Below, piece after piece: positions 28,842-37,815 of a stretch of DNA of 49,115 bases (position 1 is its first letter; the number at the start of each line of letters is the position of its first letter). The notes beneath the pieces were generated by a model. That model worked only from the letters and a program-made list of their open reading frames with translations, searched no databases and was not told the DNA's origin. The DNA lies in the IMG/VR virus record IMGVR_UViG_3300032330_000578, positions 1 to 49,115 of that record. One strand, written 5' to 3'. Both the position numbers and the translations under genes were made by a program. This DNA comes from a virus. Lineage: Duplodnaviria; Caudoviricetes.

Positions 28842-29531
28842 ATGGCAGTATCAGGAATAATTTCAAGACCCGTAGGAAGTAGAGGTGCATCTGGTCTAAC
28901 CAAAGAAAAACTTTTACAGATTGTTCCTGCTGCTAAAAATACAAAACTAAATCTTGACTTACTAGTTGAGAGCCTAAATGAAGTTTGCGCAAAGATGGTT
29001 GATGAAGTTAATTTTGCTTCCATCAATCGCCAAGCCGCATTTATTGCTCAATGCGCTCATGAGTCCGGTAGTTTCTGCCGTGTTTCAGAAAACCTTAATT
29101 ATTCACCAGAAGGTCTGGTTAAGATTTTTGGCAAATATTTTCCAACTATTGAGTCTACCAAGAACTATGCTAGACTGCCGGAAAAAATTGCCAATAAAGT
29201 CTACGCTAATCGTATGGGAAATGGTCCAGAAACTTCTGGAGATGGTTGGAAATTTCGCGGACGCGGACTCATTCAACTTACAGGAAAGTCAAATTACCTA
29301 AAATGTGGACCAAGCCTGGGGATAGACCTGACTACATCTCCAGAATATCTAGAAACGGTAGCAGGCGCAGTAAAATCTGCTTACTGGTTCTGGAATACAA
29401 ACGGACTAAATTCTTTTGCTGATGCAGATGACATTAAAGGCATGACAAAGAAGATTAATGGTGGCTATATTGGATTGGAAGAACGTCAGCATCTATATGA
29501 TGTAGCAAAAAAGGTTCTTATAACAATATAG
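28842..29531 (+). CDS. Glycoside hydrolase family 19 endolysin
   Basis: AFIAQCAHESG, ENLNYS, RGRGLIQLTG and INGG..GL.ER. Confidence 0.93.
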   Translation: MAVSGIISRPVGSRGASGLTKEKLLQIVPAAKNTKLNLDLLVESLNEVCAKMVDEVNFASINRQAAFIAQCAHESGSFCRVSENLNYSPEGLVKIFGKYFPTIESTKNYARLPEKIANKVYANRMGNGPETSGDGWKFRGRGLIQLTGKSNYLKCGPSLGIDLTTSPEYLETVAGAVKSAYWFWNTNGLNSFADADDIKGMTKKINGGYIGLEERQHLYDVAKKVLITI

Positions 29532-29538
29532 GTGTAAA

Positions 29539-29793
29539 ATGTCACTAAAGCAACTAATACTAGATACCTTTACAGGTAAGGATAATAAGACAATTGATGT
29601 TGGTCGTATTCTATGGGCATCATCAGTTCTTTCTTTTTTAGGAATGGGATTCTATGGAATCTACAAGGGACAAGCAGTAGACTATATTGCTTTTGGTACT
29701 GGGTGCGCAGCCCTACTTGCTGCAGGTGGTGCGGCTCTTGGCATGAAGGCTAAGACTGAGCCAACTCATAAGGATAACGATGAAATCATTTAA
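29539..29793 (+). CDS. Small two-TM membrane protein, holin candidate
   Basis: Two hydrophobic helices, charged C-terminus; immediately after the endolysin. Confidence 0.5.
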   Translation: MSLKQLILDTFTGKDNKTIDVGRILWASSVLSFLGMGFYGIYKGQAVDYIAFGTGCAALLAAGGAALGMKAKTEPTHKDNDEII

Positions 29794-30127
29794 AGACTTT
29801 TCGGAAACCGTCAAAGAACCAACAGGCGATTTAAAAAAGGCTTGCTGGACAGGATACACTGCTGTTGGCATGAAAATGAAGAATGGCAGAAAGGTTCCTA
29901 ATTGCGTTCCAATTAAGGAAGCAAAAGACAAGGGCGAGTATGACTATGAAGGTGACATGGCAATGTCACAACTGAAGAGCATAATTACAAATGCTAAGAA
30001 ACTTCATGATATGATGGAGCCTGATACCAACTTGCCTGAATGGGTACAGAGCAAGATTACTCTTGCTGAGGACTACATTGTTACTGCCGCCAATTACATG
30101 GAAGGACAGTCAGATGAAGACCTTTAA
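29780..30127 (+). CDS. Probable capsid-internal protein
   Basis: MKSFKDFSE start; CWTGY...VPNCV and LPEWVQSKIT.A.DY modules typical of T4-like head-associated proteins. Confidence 0.7.
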   Translation: MKSFKDFSETVKEPTGDLKKACWTGYTAVGMKMKNGRKVPNCVPIKEAKDKGEYDYEGDMAMSQLKSIITNAKKLHDMMEPDTNLPEWVQSKITLAEDYIVTAANYMEGQSDEDL

Positions 30128-30470
30128 AGAGTTCATGACTGAAGAGCGCAAAGAGACTCATTATCCTACGGCTAGAGAAGCCTTAAATGGTTTGGGTAAA
30201 GCCAAGTTTAATGCTATCATCAAACATCCAACCTTTGACAGTCATCGCAGAGCAATGCGAATGGGTGCTGAAGATTCGAAGTTTGATGTAACTCAGCATG
30301 GTCCTGGCTCATATAAGATTGAAGTTAGCACTCACCCATACTTGACAACATACCATATGTCCCATTATAACGGGCGCGCTAAAATTGGCGCATACCATCA
30401 CATGGTTGCTTCACCAGAAGACCCAAAAAGATATATGACTATTAAAACCCACGGATATGAGTTTGACTAA
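30114..30470 (+). CDS. Probable capsid-internal protein
   Basis: MKTFKEFMTE start, closely matching the T4 internal-protein capsid-targeting sequence. Confidence 0.65.
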   Translation: MKTFKEFMTEERKETHYPTAREALNGLGKAKFNAIIKHPTFDSHRRAMRMGAEDSKFDVTQHGPGSYKIEVSTHPYLTTYHMSHYNGRAKIGAYHHMVASPEDPKRYMTIKTHGYEFD

Positions 30471-30889
30471 TGAAAAAAATATTACTAATGGCTTTGTTAG
30501 CATTTCCGCTTGTTGCTAATGCAAACCCGTACAATTGGAAAGCCCTACGCGCAGTAGATGGTGACACTGTTGAAGTTGAAGCAAAGTGGCTTCCTATTGA
30601 ACTTGGAACCAAAATCAAGATTCGTGTTCTTGGCGTAGATACTCCTGAAAAGGCTCCACGCGCAAAGTGTGAACAGGAAGCAACCAAGGCTATTCTTGCA
30701 TCTGCGTTCACAAAAGACTTTATTAAAAGCGGTAAAGTTGTACAAGTAAACATTAAAGATTGGGACAAATATGGTGGCAGAATTCTTGGTGATATTGTTG
30801 TTGACGGAAAAAGTCTCAAAGACCAATTAATTCTACGTGGTCATGCGCGTGTTTACAATGGAGGCGCCAAGTCAAGTTGGTGTAATTAA
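30470..30889 (+). CDS. Thermonuclease (SNase-like), secreted
   Basis: Signal peptide; VDGDT, IRV.GVDTPE and DKYGGR.LG. Confidence 0.9.
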   Translation: MKKILLMALLAFPLVANANPYNWKALRAVDGDTVEVEAKWLPIELGTKIKIRVLGVDTPEKAPRAKCEQEATKAILASAFTKDFIKSGKVVQVNIKDWDKYGGRILGDIVVDGKSLKDQLILRGHARVYNGGAKSSWCN

Positions 30890-30891
30890 TT

Positions 30892-31443
30892 ATGTTTAAC
30901 TTTATTCCTTTGCCTTACAGAATTTTAGCGGTTATACTATTAGGATTGTCTATATTTGGATTTGGATATTACAAAGGATTACAAGTTAGCAAAGAAAAAA
31001 TTGCATTGTTTGAAGCCAAGGCTAGACTTGAATATGAGCAACTTCGAATTGCCTACGAAAAAGCCAAGAATCATGTAAATGAAAAAATTGTTACTGAATA
31101 TGTTGACCGTATCATCTATGTTACTAAGTGGAGAACTAAAAATGTTGAAATCGTTAAAGAAGTCCCTTCTAATTGTGAGTTGTCTGCTGGTTGGGTGCAC
31201 GTCCACGATTCCGCAGCAGAGGGTCGTGATGCCAATTCCACCGCCGCAGCTGATGGAACCTCCTCAGAAATTAAAGACACTGAAGCCCTCGCAACCGTCA
31301 TCGACAACTATGGAACGTGTGCCGCCAACGCAGAAAAGTTAACTGCGTTGCAAAATTGGATAAAAGAACAAAAAGCCGAAGTGGATAATATAAATAACGG
31401 GAGCGCATCAGGTATAATTAACAGAGATAACAAGAATGACTGA
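30892..31443 (+). CDS. Rz-like inner-membrane spanin
   Basis: N-terminal TM, coiled coil, Cys residues; contains a nested lipoprotein gene. Confidence 0.75.
   Translation: MFNFIPLPYRILAVILLGLSIFGFGYYKGLQVSKEKIALFEAKARLEYEQLRIAYEKAKNHVNEKIVTEYVDRIIYVTKWRTKNVEIVKEVPSNCELSAGWVHVHDSAAEGRDANSTAAADGTSSEIKDTEALATVIDNYGTCAANAEKLTALQNWIKEQKAEVDNINNGSASGIINRDNKND
31142..31342 (+). CDS. Rz1-like outer-membrane lipoprotein spanin (nested)
   Basis: MLKSLKKSLLIVSCLLVGC lipobox, then Pro-rich PIPPPQLMEPP; +1 frame inside Rz. Confidence 0.75.
   Translation: MLKSLKKSLLIVSCLLVGCTSTIPQQRVVMPIPPPQLMEPPQKLKTLKPSQPSSTTMERVPPTQKS
31389..31396 (+). promoter_or_regulatory. T4-type late promoter
   Basis: Exact TATAAATA about 40 nt upstream of the ORF at 31436. 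Confidence 0.6.
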
Positions 31444-31831
31444 ATTTGATACTTCAAAATTAGTGCGATTAGACGGTGATATCAATGCCCTAAAAGTTGA
31501 AGTTAGTTCGTTGAGAGAAAAAGTTGCGTTTTTTAACGTCATTTATGGGAAGTTTGATGATACACTTAACAAGGTGCAAACTCTCATGGAAAACAGAAGA
31601 AATGAAACAAACGACGATTTGAGGGACGTATATCAAAAAATTCAGGATACCGAAAACAAGATTATGACTGAAATTAAGGCTCTCAGAAATGAGATGACCA
31701 CTTCACGAGATGCTGAAAATAACAAAATGAACACCAAAATTGAAAGTTTAGATAAGTGGCGTTGGCAGATGATGGGTGGCGCGGCTGTTATTGGATTCTT
31801 ATTGTCAAAAGCCGCTGATTTTTTTAAGTAG
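31436..31831 (+). CDS. Coiled-coil protein with a C-terminal TM
   Basis: Heptad-rich body; ends LDKWRW..MGGAAVIGFLL. Confidence 0.7.
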   Translation: MTEFDTSKLVRLDGDINALKVEVSSLREKVAFFNVIYGKFDDTLNKVQTLMENRRNETNDDLRDVYQKIQDTENKIMTEIKALRNEMTTSRDAENNKMNTKIESLDKWRWQMMGGAAVIGFLLSKAADFFK

Positions 31832-31860
31832 TTGACTTTTCCATCCGAATAGGATATGCT
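31832..31860 (+). promoter_or_regulatory. Sigma70-type promoter for the primase operon
   Basis: TTGACT-17 bp-TATGCT, intergenic. Confidence 0.65.
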
Positions 31861-31891
31861 AGGTAATCCTAGCCATCACTAAAGTTATATT

Positions 31892-32920
31892 ATGAGCGTA
31901 TACATTGACCAAAAGTACATTGGTTCTTTGTCTTTCAAACTTGATTTATTCAAGAAAAAGAAGGATGACCTGTACAACTTTCGTTGCCCATATTGTGGCG
32001 ACTCCAAACGTAACAAAGTAAAAGCCCGTGCTTTTGTGTATCGAAAGTTAAATGGGTATTTCTTTATTTGCCATAATTGCGGCAAATCTACGACCTTTTC
32101 AAATTTCCTACAGTACATGGATGAAAACCAGTACAAACAGTATGCGTTTGAAAAGTATGCAGATGGCGCTGGTGTTCATTCTCCTGTAAAGAAACCCGAC
32201 TTTAATGAATACAAAGGTGGTGTTTTTGAGCATGTTTTTGAGAAAGAAAAAACGTTAAAACACCTTGAAAATATTGCAGACCTGCCTGATGGACACTTTG
32301 CCAAGGACTATATACTTAATAGGAAGATTCCTCAAAGTGCTTGGTCTGAAGTGTTTTACACAGAAAACTTCAAGCAATTTCTTGATTTGAATTATCCTAA
32401 TCACGGTAAAGAAAACATCCCAGACGATGCGCGAATCATTCTTTTCTACAAGAATGAGGGTGGCTCTGTCACTAACGTAGCAGGGCGCGCATTGGCTGAC
32501 TCTAAAATTCGTTACATTACCGTGAAAGTTGCTGAAGAGAAGAAGATTTTTGGTCTACAGAACGTTGACAAGAACAAACCAATTTATGTTTTTGAAGGTC
32601 AGTTTGATTCACTGTTTGTTCCTAATAGCGTTGCTTCTGGTGATAGCAATCTAATTGGTTGCGGCGAGTATTTCGGGAAAGATGCTGTTATTCTTGTATT
32701 TGATAATGAGCCTCGCAACAAAGAGATTGTCAGGCAAGTAGGCAAAGCGATTGAGCAAGGCTATCAAGTTTGTTTATTTCCCGAAGATGCTCCTGGAAAA
32801 GACATTAATGAAATGATTCAGAATGGAATGATTGTTGATGACGTCAAGATTATGATTAATAACAATACAAGTAAAGACCTATCTGCACAACTGAGATTAG
32901 TAACATGGAAAAAAGTATAA
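31892..32920 (+). CDS. gp61: DNA primase (gp61)
   Basis: RCPYCGDS...CHNC zinc finger, EG.FDS, FDNEPRN and KDINEM (TOPRIM). Confidence 0.96.
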   Translation: MSVYIDQKYIGSLSFKLDLFKKKKDDLYNFRCPYCGDSKRNKVKARAFVYRKLNGYFFICHNCGKSTTFSNFLQYMDENQYKQYAFEKYADGAGVHSPVKKPDFNEYKGGVFEHVFEKEKTLKHLENIADLPDGHFAKDYILNRKIPQSAWSEVFYTENFKQFLDLNYPNHGKENIPDDARIILFYKNEGGSVTNVAGRALADSKIRYITVKVAEEKKIFGLQNVDKNKPIYVFEGQFDSLFVPNSVASGDSNLIGCGEYFGKDAVILVFDNEPRNKEIVRQVGKAIEQGYQVCLFPEDAPGKDINEMIQNGMIVDDVKIMINNNTSKDLSAQLRLVTWKKV

Positions 32921-33678
32921 ACACCTATCGCTCCATCTTCATCTCAGATGTCCATTTAGGAACCAAGGGATGCAAAGCCGATTCGCTTTGCGATTTCCTT
33001 AAGCATAACACTTCTGACCAATTATTTCTTGTTGGTGATATGATTGACGGGTGGAGATTACGTCGAAAATTTTACTGGCATCAATCTCATACTAATGTTG
33101 TCCGTCGTATTTTGACGGCAGCAAAACGTGGCACTCATGTAACTTACATTCCCGGCAATCATGATGAAGATTTGCGCACATTGCTTCCATATGATATATC
33201 ATTTGGTAACATTGAAGTAGTCAACTGGGTAAAGTATCAGGCGCGTGATGGTAAATTTTACATAGTTTGTCATGGTGATATGTTTGATACTGCGCTACAA
33301 GGCAAGTTAAAATTTTTGTATCATTTTGGCGATGTTGCCTATGAATTGCTCCTAGCACTAAATGGCGCTTTGGCTTGGATTCGTCGGAAACTGAGGATGC
33401 CATACTGGAGTTTGAGTGCCTATCTAAAAGGCAAAACTAAAGAAGCGGTATCATACATTTCAGATTTTGAAGATTTAATTGCAAGTTACTGCAAAAATAA
33501 AGGTGCCGATGGAATTATTTGCGGACACATTCATCATGCCGCAATCAAAAAAATTGGAAATATTACTTACATGAATGATGGCGATTGGGTTGAGTCTTGT
33601 ACTGCTCTAGTTGAACATCATGATGGTAAGTGGGAAATTATTCATTGGGGAGATGTGCATGAAAGTACGATTGATTAG
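32905..33678 (+). CDS. Metallophosphoesterase, UDP-2,3-diacylglucosamine hydrolase (LpxH)-like family
   Basis: SDVHLG, GDMIDGW, GNHD, HGD, CGHIH and N.GDWVES. Confidence 0.85.
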   Translation: MEKSINTYRSIFISDVHLGTKGCKADSLCDFLKHNTSDQLFLVGDMIDGWRLRRKFYWHQSHTNVVRRILTAAKRGTHVTYIPGNHDEDLRTLLPYDISFGNIEVVNWVKYQARDGKFYIVCHGDMFDTALQGKLKFLYHFGDVAYELLLALNGALAWIRRKLRMPYWSLSAYLKGKTKEAVSYISDFEDLIASYCKNKGADGIICGHIHHAAIKKIGNITYMNDGDWVESCTALVEHHDGKWEIIHWGDVHESTID

Positions 33679-34324
33679 TTATTCGACCCCGGCTGATTTG
33701 CCGGACTATATGCAAACACCGCAGGAACTTGTTGCATACTGCGCAAGAGTATCTAATCCTGCTAACCAGTTAAATTCAGAAACATCTGAAAAACTTATCA
33801 AGTATCTTATCAAGCACCAGCATTGGTCGCCTCTTGAGATGGCATCAGTTTGTCTTGAAATTGAAACAACTCGCGATATTGCTCGACAGATTCTACGTCA
33901 TCGCAGTTTTTCTTTTCAAGAATTCTCGCAGCGTTATGCAGACCCAACTCAAGACTTGTCGTTTGAAATTCGTGAAGCGAGATTGCAGGACACTAAGAAC
34001 CGTCAGAACAGTGTTGAGACTGATAACCAAAATTTAAAAGAGCGTTGGGAAGACTATCAACGTTCTATTATTGCTAACGCTCAACATGCATATGAATGGG
34101 CTGTTGCAAATGGTATTGCTAAGGAAGTTGCTCGCGCAGTTCTACCTGAAGGTCTTACCATGTCACGTATGTATATGAATGGTACTTTGCGTTCGTGGAT
34201 TCACTATATACAACTCCGTCAAGCAAACGGTACACAAAAAGAACATATGGAAATTGCTAAGGCTTGTGCTGAAGCAATTACTAAAATTTTCCCGCTTACA
34301 AAAGAACTAACAGAAGAGGCATAA
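33659..34324 (+). CDS. thyX: Flavin-dependent thymidylate synthase
   Basis: HWSP.E, RHRSFSFQEFSQRY and TQKEH. Confidence 0.96.
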   Translation: MKVRLISYSTPADLPDYMQTPQELVAYCARVSNPANQLNSETSEKLIKYLIKHQHWSPLEMASVCLEIETTRDIARQILRHRSFSFQEFSQRYADPTQDLSFEIREARLQDTKNRQNSVETDNQNLKERWEDYQRSIIANAQHAYEWAVANGIAKEVARAVLPEGLTMSRMYMNGTLRSWIHYIQLRQANGTQKEHMEIAKACAEAITKIFPLTKELTEEA

Positions 34325-34325
34325 G

Positions 34326-36230
34326 ATGGCAACTAGACTACCCAGCATTTATCAGGATTTCATTCACATTTCTCGCTATGCGCGTTTTAATGACACACTT
34401 GGTCGTCGCGAGACTTGGGATGAAACCGTAGACCGTTATATTTCATTTTTTCAAAAACGTACTGATAACAACAAGAAGGTGCCTTGGGAAGAAATTCGCA
34501 GTGCTATTCTAAATCTTGAAGTTATGCCATCTATGCGCTGCTTGATGACTGCTGGTCCTGCTCTTGAGAAAGACCAAGTGGCTGGATACAACTGCTCATA
34601 TGTTGTTGTTGATAGCCCAAAGTCATTTGACGAAATTATGTACGTTTTGATGTGCGGTACTGGCGTTGGTTTCAGTATTGAATCCCGTTACACTAACAAG
34701 TTGCCAGAGGTTCCAGATGAACTTCATCCAACAGACACTACAATCGTTTTTGCGGATTCCAAGATTGGTTGGGCAACTGGTTTTAGAGAATTCATTTCTC
34801 TGTTATATTCTGGTAAGATTCCTAAGTGGGATATGTCAAAGGTTCGTGCGGCTGGCGAAAGACTCAAAACATTCGGCGGCAGAGCATCAGGACCAGAACC
34901 GTTAGTTGACTTGCTCAACTTCACTCTTAACATTTTTCAAAAGGCTCATGGTCGTAAGTTGACGACATTGGAATGTCATGACATCGTTTGTAAGATTGCT
35001 GATATTGTGGTTTGCGGTGGTGTTCGTCGCAGTGCGCTTATTTCTCTTTCTGACCTTAATGATGACCATATTCGTCATGCTAAATCTGGTCAATGGTGGT
35101 TGGCTGATGGTCAACGCGCTTTGGCAAACAATAGTGCGGTATATGAAGATAAGCCTAGCATGGATACGTTCATGCAAGAATGGGTAGCACTTTATATGTC
35201 AAAGTCTGGTGAGCGCGGTATCTTCTCGCGTCAGGCATCTAAGGCAATCGCAGCAAAACATGGTCGTCGCGACCCTAATCATGAGTTTGGAACTAATCCT
35301 TGCTCTGAGATTATTCTTCGTCCATATGAATTTTGCAATCTCTCTGAGGTTGTTGTTCGCGCTGAAGATACGGTTGAAGACCTAAAGCGCAAGTGTCGTA
35401 TTGCTACTATCATTGGTACACTTCAGTCTACCATGACCGACTTCCGTTACATCAACAAGAAGTGGAAAAAGAACTGCGATGAAGAGCGTTTGCTTGGCGT
35501 TTCACTGACTGGTATTATGGACCATCCGCTTTTAAACGGTAGCATTCCATTAACGCTTCAACACGGTAATCTACCTCGCGCACTACAAGAAATGCGTAAG
35601 GAATGCGTTGATACCAATAAGAAGTTTGCCGACATTCTTGGTATTGAAGCATCTGCTGCTATCACTTGCGTGAAGCCATCAGGTACAGTTAGCCAATTAG
35701 TTGACTCTGCTTCAGGCATTCACCCACGCTACAGTCAGTATTATATCCGTCGTGTTCGTGCCGACAAGAAAGACCCTCTTGCTGATTTTATGATTAAAAA
35801 AGGTTATGTTGCCGAAGAAGACTTCTATGGTAAGAGCAACTGGGTGTTCTCTTTCCCGATGAAGGCTCCTGAAGGCGCAGTACTTACCAAGGATGTAACT
35901 GCCATCAAGCAACTTGAACTATGGCAGATTTACCAAGACCACTGGTGTGAGCATAAGCCATCTATCACCGTATATGTTGGTGATGATGAGTGGATGGAAG
36001 TGGGCGCATGGGTTTATAAGAACATGGCTTCGCTATCTGGTGTATCTTTCCTACCACGCGATACTGGTTCATATCGTCAGGCTCCGTATGAGGGAATTGA
36101 TGAGGCTAAGTATAAGGAACTTCTTGCTACTCAGAACGTTGAACTTAACTGGACTGAGTTTATGGAAGCGACAGATACTACAGAAAGTGCTCAGACATTA
36201 GCATGCGCAGCAGGTGGTTGTGAAATCTAA
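34326..36230 (+). CDS. nrdJ: Class II (B12-dependent) ribonucleotide reductase
   Basis: PSMR, YNCS, GGVRRSA, TNPCSEI, KPSGTVSQL and C-terminal C..GGCE. Confidence 0.93.
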   Translation: MATRLPSIYQDFIHISRYARFNDTLGRRETWDETVDRYISFFQKRTDNNKKVPWEEIRSAILNLEVMPSMRCLMTAGPALEKDQVAGYNCSYVVVDSPKSFDEIMYVLMCGTGVGFSIESRYTNKLPEVPDELHPTDTTIVFADSKIGWATGFREFISLLYSGKIPKWDMSKVRAAGERLKTFGGRASGPEPLVDLLNFTLNIFQKAHGRKLTTLECHDIVCKIADIVVCGGVRRSALISLSDLNDDHIRHAKSGQWWLADGQRALANNSAVYEDKPSMDTFMQEWVALYMSKSGERGIFSRQASKAIAAKHGRRDPNHEFGTNPCSEIILRPYEFCNLSEVVVRAEDTVEDLKRKCRIATIIGTLQSTMTDFRYINKKWKKNCDEERLLGVSLTGIMDHPLLNGSIPLTLQHGNLPRALQEMRKECVDTNKKFADILGIEASAAITCVKPSGTVSQLVDSASGIHPRYSQYYIRRVRADKKDPLADFMIKKGYVAEEDFYGKSNWVFSFPMKAPEGAVLTKDVTAIKQLELWQIYQDHWCEHKPSITVYVGDDEWMEVGAWVYKNMASLSGVSFLPRDTGSYRQAPYEGIDEAKYKELLATQNVELNWTEFMEATDTTESAQTLACAAGGCEI

Positions 36231-37815
36231 GTTAAGAAATTTTCCTTCTGTTAACTACCCAAGTTTGTATGAGTGCCCTGAAAGACGGGCATTCATGCAA
36301 TCTCAATTTAACAAGTATGGCATTACCAAAACAAACTGTTATTTGACTGAACGGTTTGCTAAACTAAAGTCCAATTTAGTAATATACAGCCACTACATTC
36401 CTATTAACACTGGGGAACCAGAAGCAACAGACATTCCAAGTCAGCCAGGAATTAACATATCTTTTCTCAACCTTATCAAGCAATGGTACGATAAAAATGA
36501 GGAAGAGTATGCAATATTCTGCGATGATGACATTAACCTATCCAGTATAGATTATTGGTCATTCACGTGGGATGAGTTTATGGCAAACTTGCCTGAAGAC
36601 TGGGAATGTATACAATTAATTCGAATTAACGATATCACTCAACATGATATCAATCTGACATTGCATAATGGATTCAAACGGCATGCTTTAGAAATCAGAC
36701 CAAGAGAGTGGGATGATTGGGGCACCACCTTTATGATTACTCGTGGATATGCAAAGAAACTTATTGACAGACACTATATCAATGAGTACACTTACAACTT
36801 TGATATCCCATGCCCAGTTTGGGGATGCTTGTATCCAATCTCAGAACATTTCTTTTTTAGAAATCTAGGAAAGGTCTATAACTTTCCGTTGTTCCAAGAG
36901 GAATCTGAGATACCCTCTACATTCAGAGAAAGTTGGATTAAAGCAAATCAAGGTAAACTTGATGACATCTATGAACATGACCGTATCCATAACACATCTA
37001 GAAAGATTTATCTAGACCTATGGCGCGCAGTTGGTTTGAGTACTCCAATACAGAAGATGATGCATACATCAAGTCCTCTTTATGGATTTAATTCAGTCAA
37101 CACAATTACGATGTCTGAGTCTGTAAAGCGTTATGAATACATCAACTCTTGTTTAGATGATATTGGTATACTGAATCGCGCAGTTCATATAAATGATAGA
37201 TTTGAACGAATCAAGGATAATATCCTATGGTATTGTTCAGACTCTAGTATTTGTAATGCTGGAATGGGAGTATCTGTTTCACATCTTGCGTCAATCAGAT
37301 ATTGGTATGACCAGACTACTGAACCTTATGCGTTGTTTACTGAAGATGATGTTGACTTAAGTGTTGCTAAGTTTTGGAAATTTAGATTCCAAGATGTTAT
37401 TAACAGAATGCCTAATGATTGGGAAGCAATTCAACTTGTTCGTATCAGAAATGAACCCGACTATGGCGGATTGCAACTTAGAGAAAGGCAATGGAATGAT
37501 TGGGGTTGCGCGGCATTCGTTGTTAAACGCGAGTATGCTAAAAAGATACTAGATAGAAATATGGATGGCAACAAGTATGTTCTTGCGCTAGGCAACTATC
37601 AACCAATAGTAGAAAACATTATGTTTCTTGGGCTTGGTAAAGTGTATAACTTACCGCTGTTTGCAGAGCATATATATGATAGCGTTGATTCGGATTTGTG
37701 GGACATTGAACGTGGCGTAAAAAACTTTCACCGCGATTCAAGCGAATACTATACCAATCTTTGGAAGACTAATACATTAACTCTTGATGAAATTATGGGT
37801 ATTAAACATGACTAA
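36214..37815 (+). CDS. Tandem two-domain glycosyltransferase (GT25-like)
   Basis: WY...YA.F.(E/D)DD...W.F...P.DWE.IQL.RI...DWG...GKVYN.PLF occurs twice. Confidence 0.7.
   Translation: MVVKSKLRNFPSVNYPSLYECPERRAFMQSQFNKYGITKTNCYLTERFAKLKSNLVIYSHYIPINTGEPEATDIPSQPGINISFLNLIKQWYDKNEEEYAIFCDDDINLSSIDYWSFTWDEFMANLPEDWECIQLIRINDITQHDINLTLHNGFKRHALEIRPREWDDWGTTFMITRGYAKKLIDRHYINEYTYNFDIPCPVWGCLYPISEHFFFRNLGKVYNFPLFQEESEIPSTFRESWIKANQGKLDDIYEHDRIHNTSRKIYLDLWRAVGLSTPIQKMMHTSSPLYGFNSVNTITMSESVKRYEYINSCLDDIGILNRAVHINDRFERIKDNILWYCSDSSICNAGMGVSVSHLASIRYWYDQTTEPYALFTEDDVDLSVAKFWKFRFQDVINRMPNDWEAIQLVRIRNEPDYGGLQLRERQWNDWGCAAFVVKREYAKKILDRNMDGNKYVLALGNYQPIVENIMFLGLGKVYNLPLFAEHIYDSVDSDLWDIERGVKNFHRDSSEYYTNLWKTNTLTLDEIMGIKHD

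Noticed and set aside
5830-36230. Introns or inteins in gp43, gp41, thyX or nrdJ
   Set aside because: All are uninterrupted, of normal length, and show no intein or homing-endonuclease motifs.
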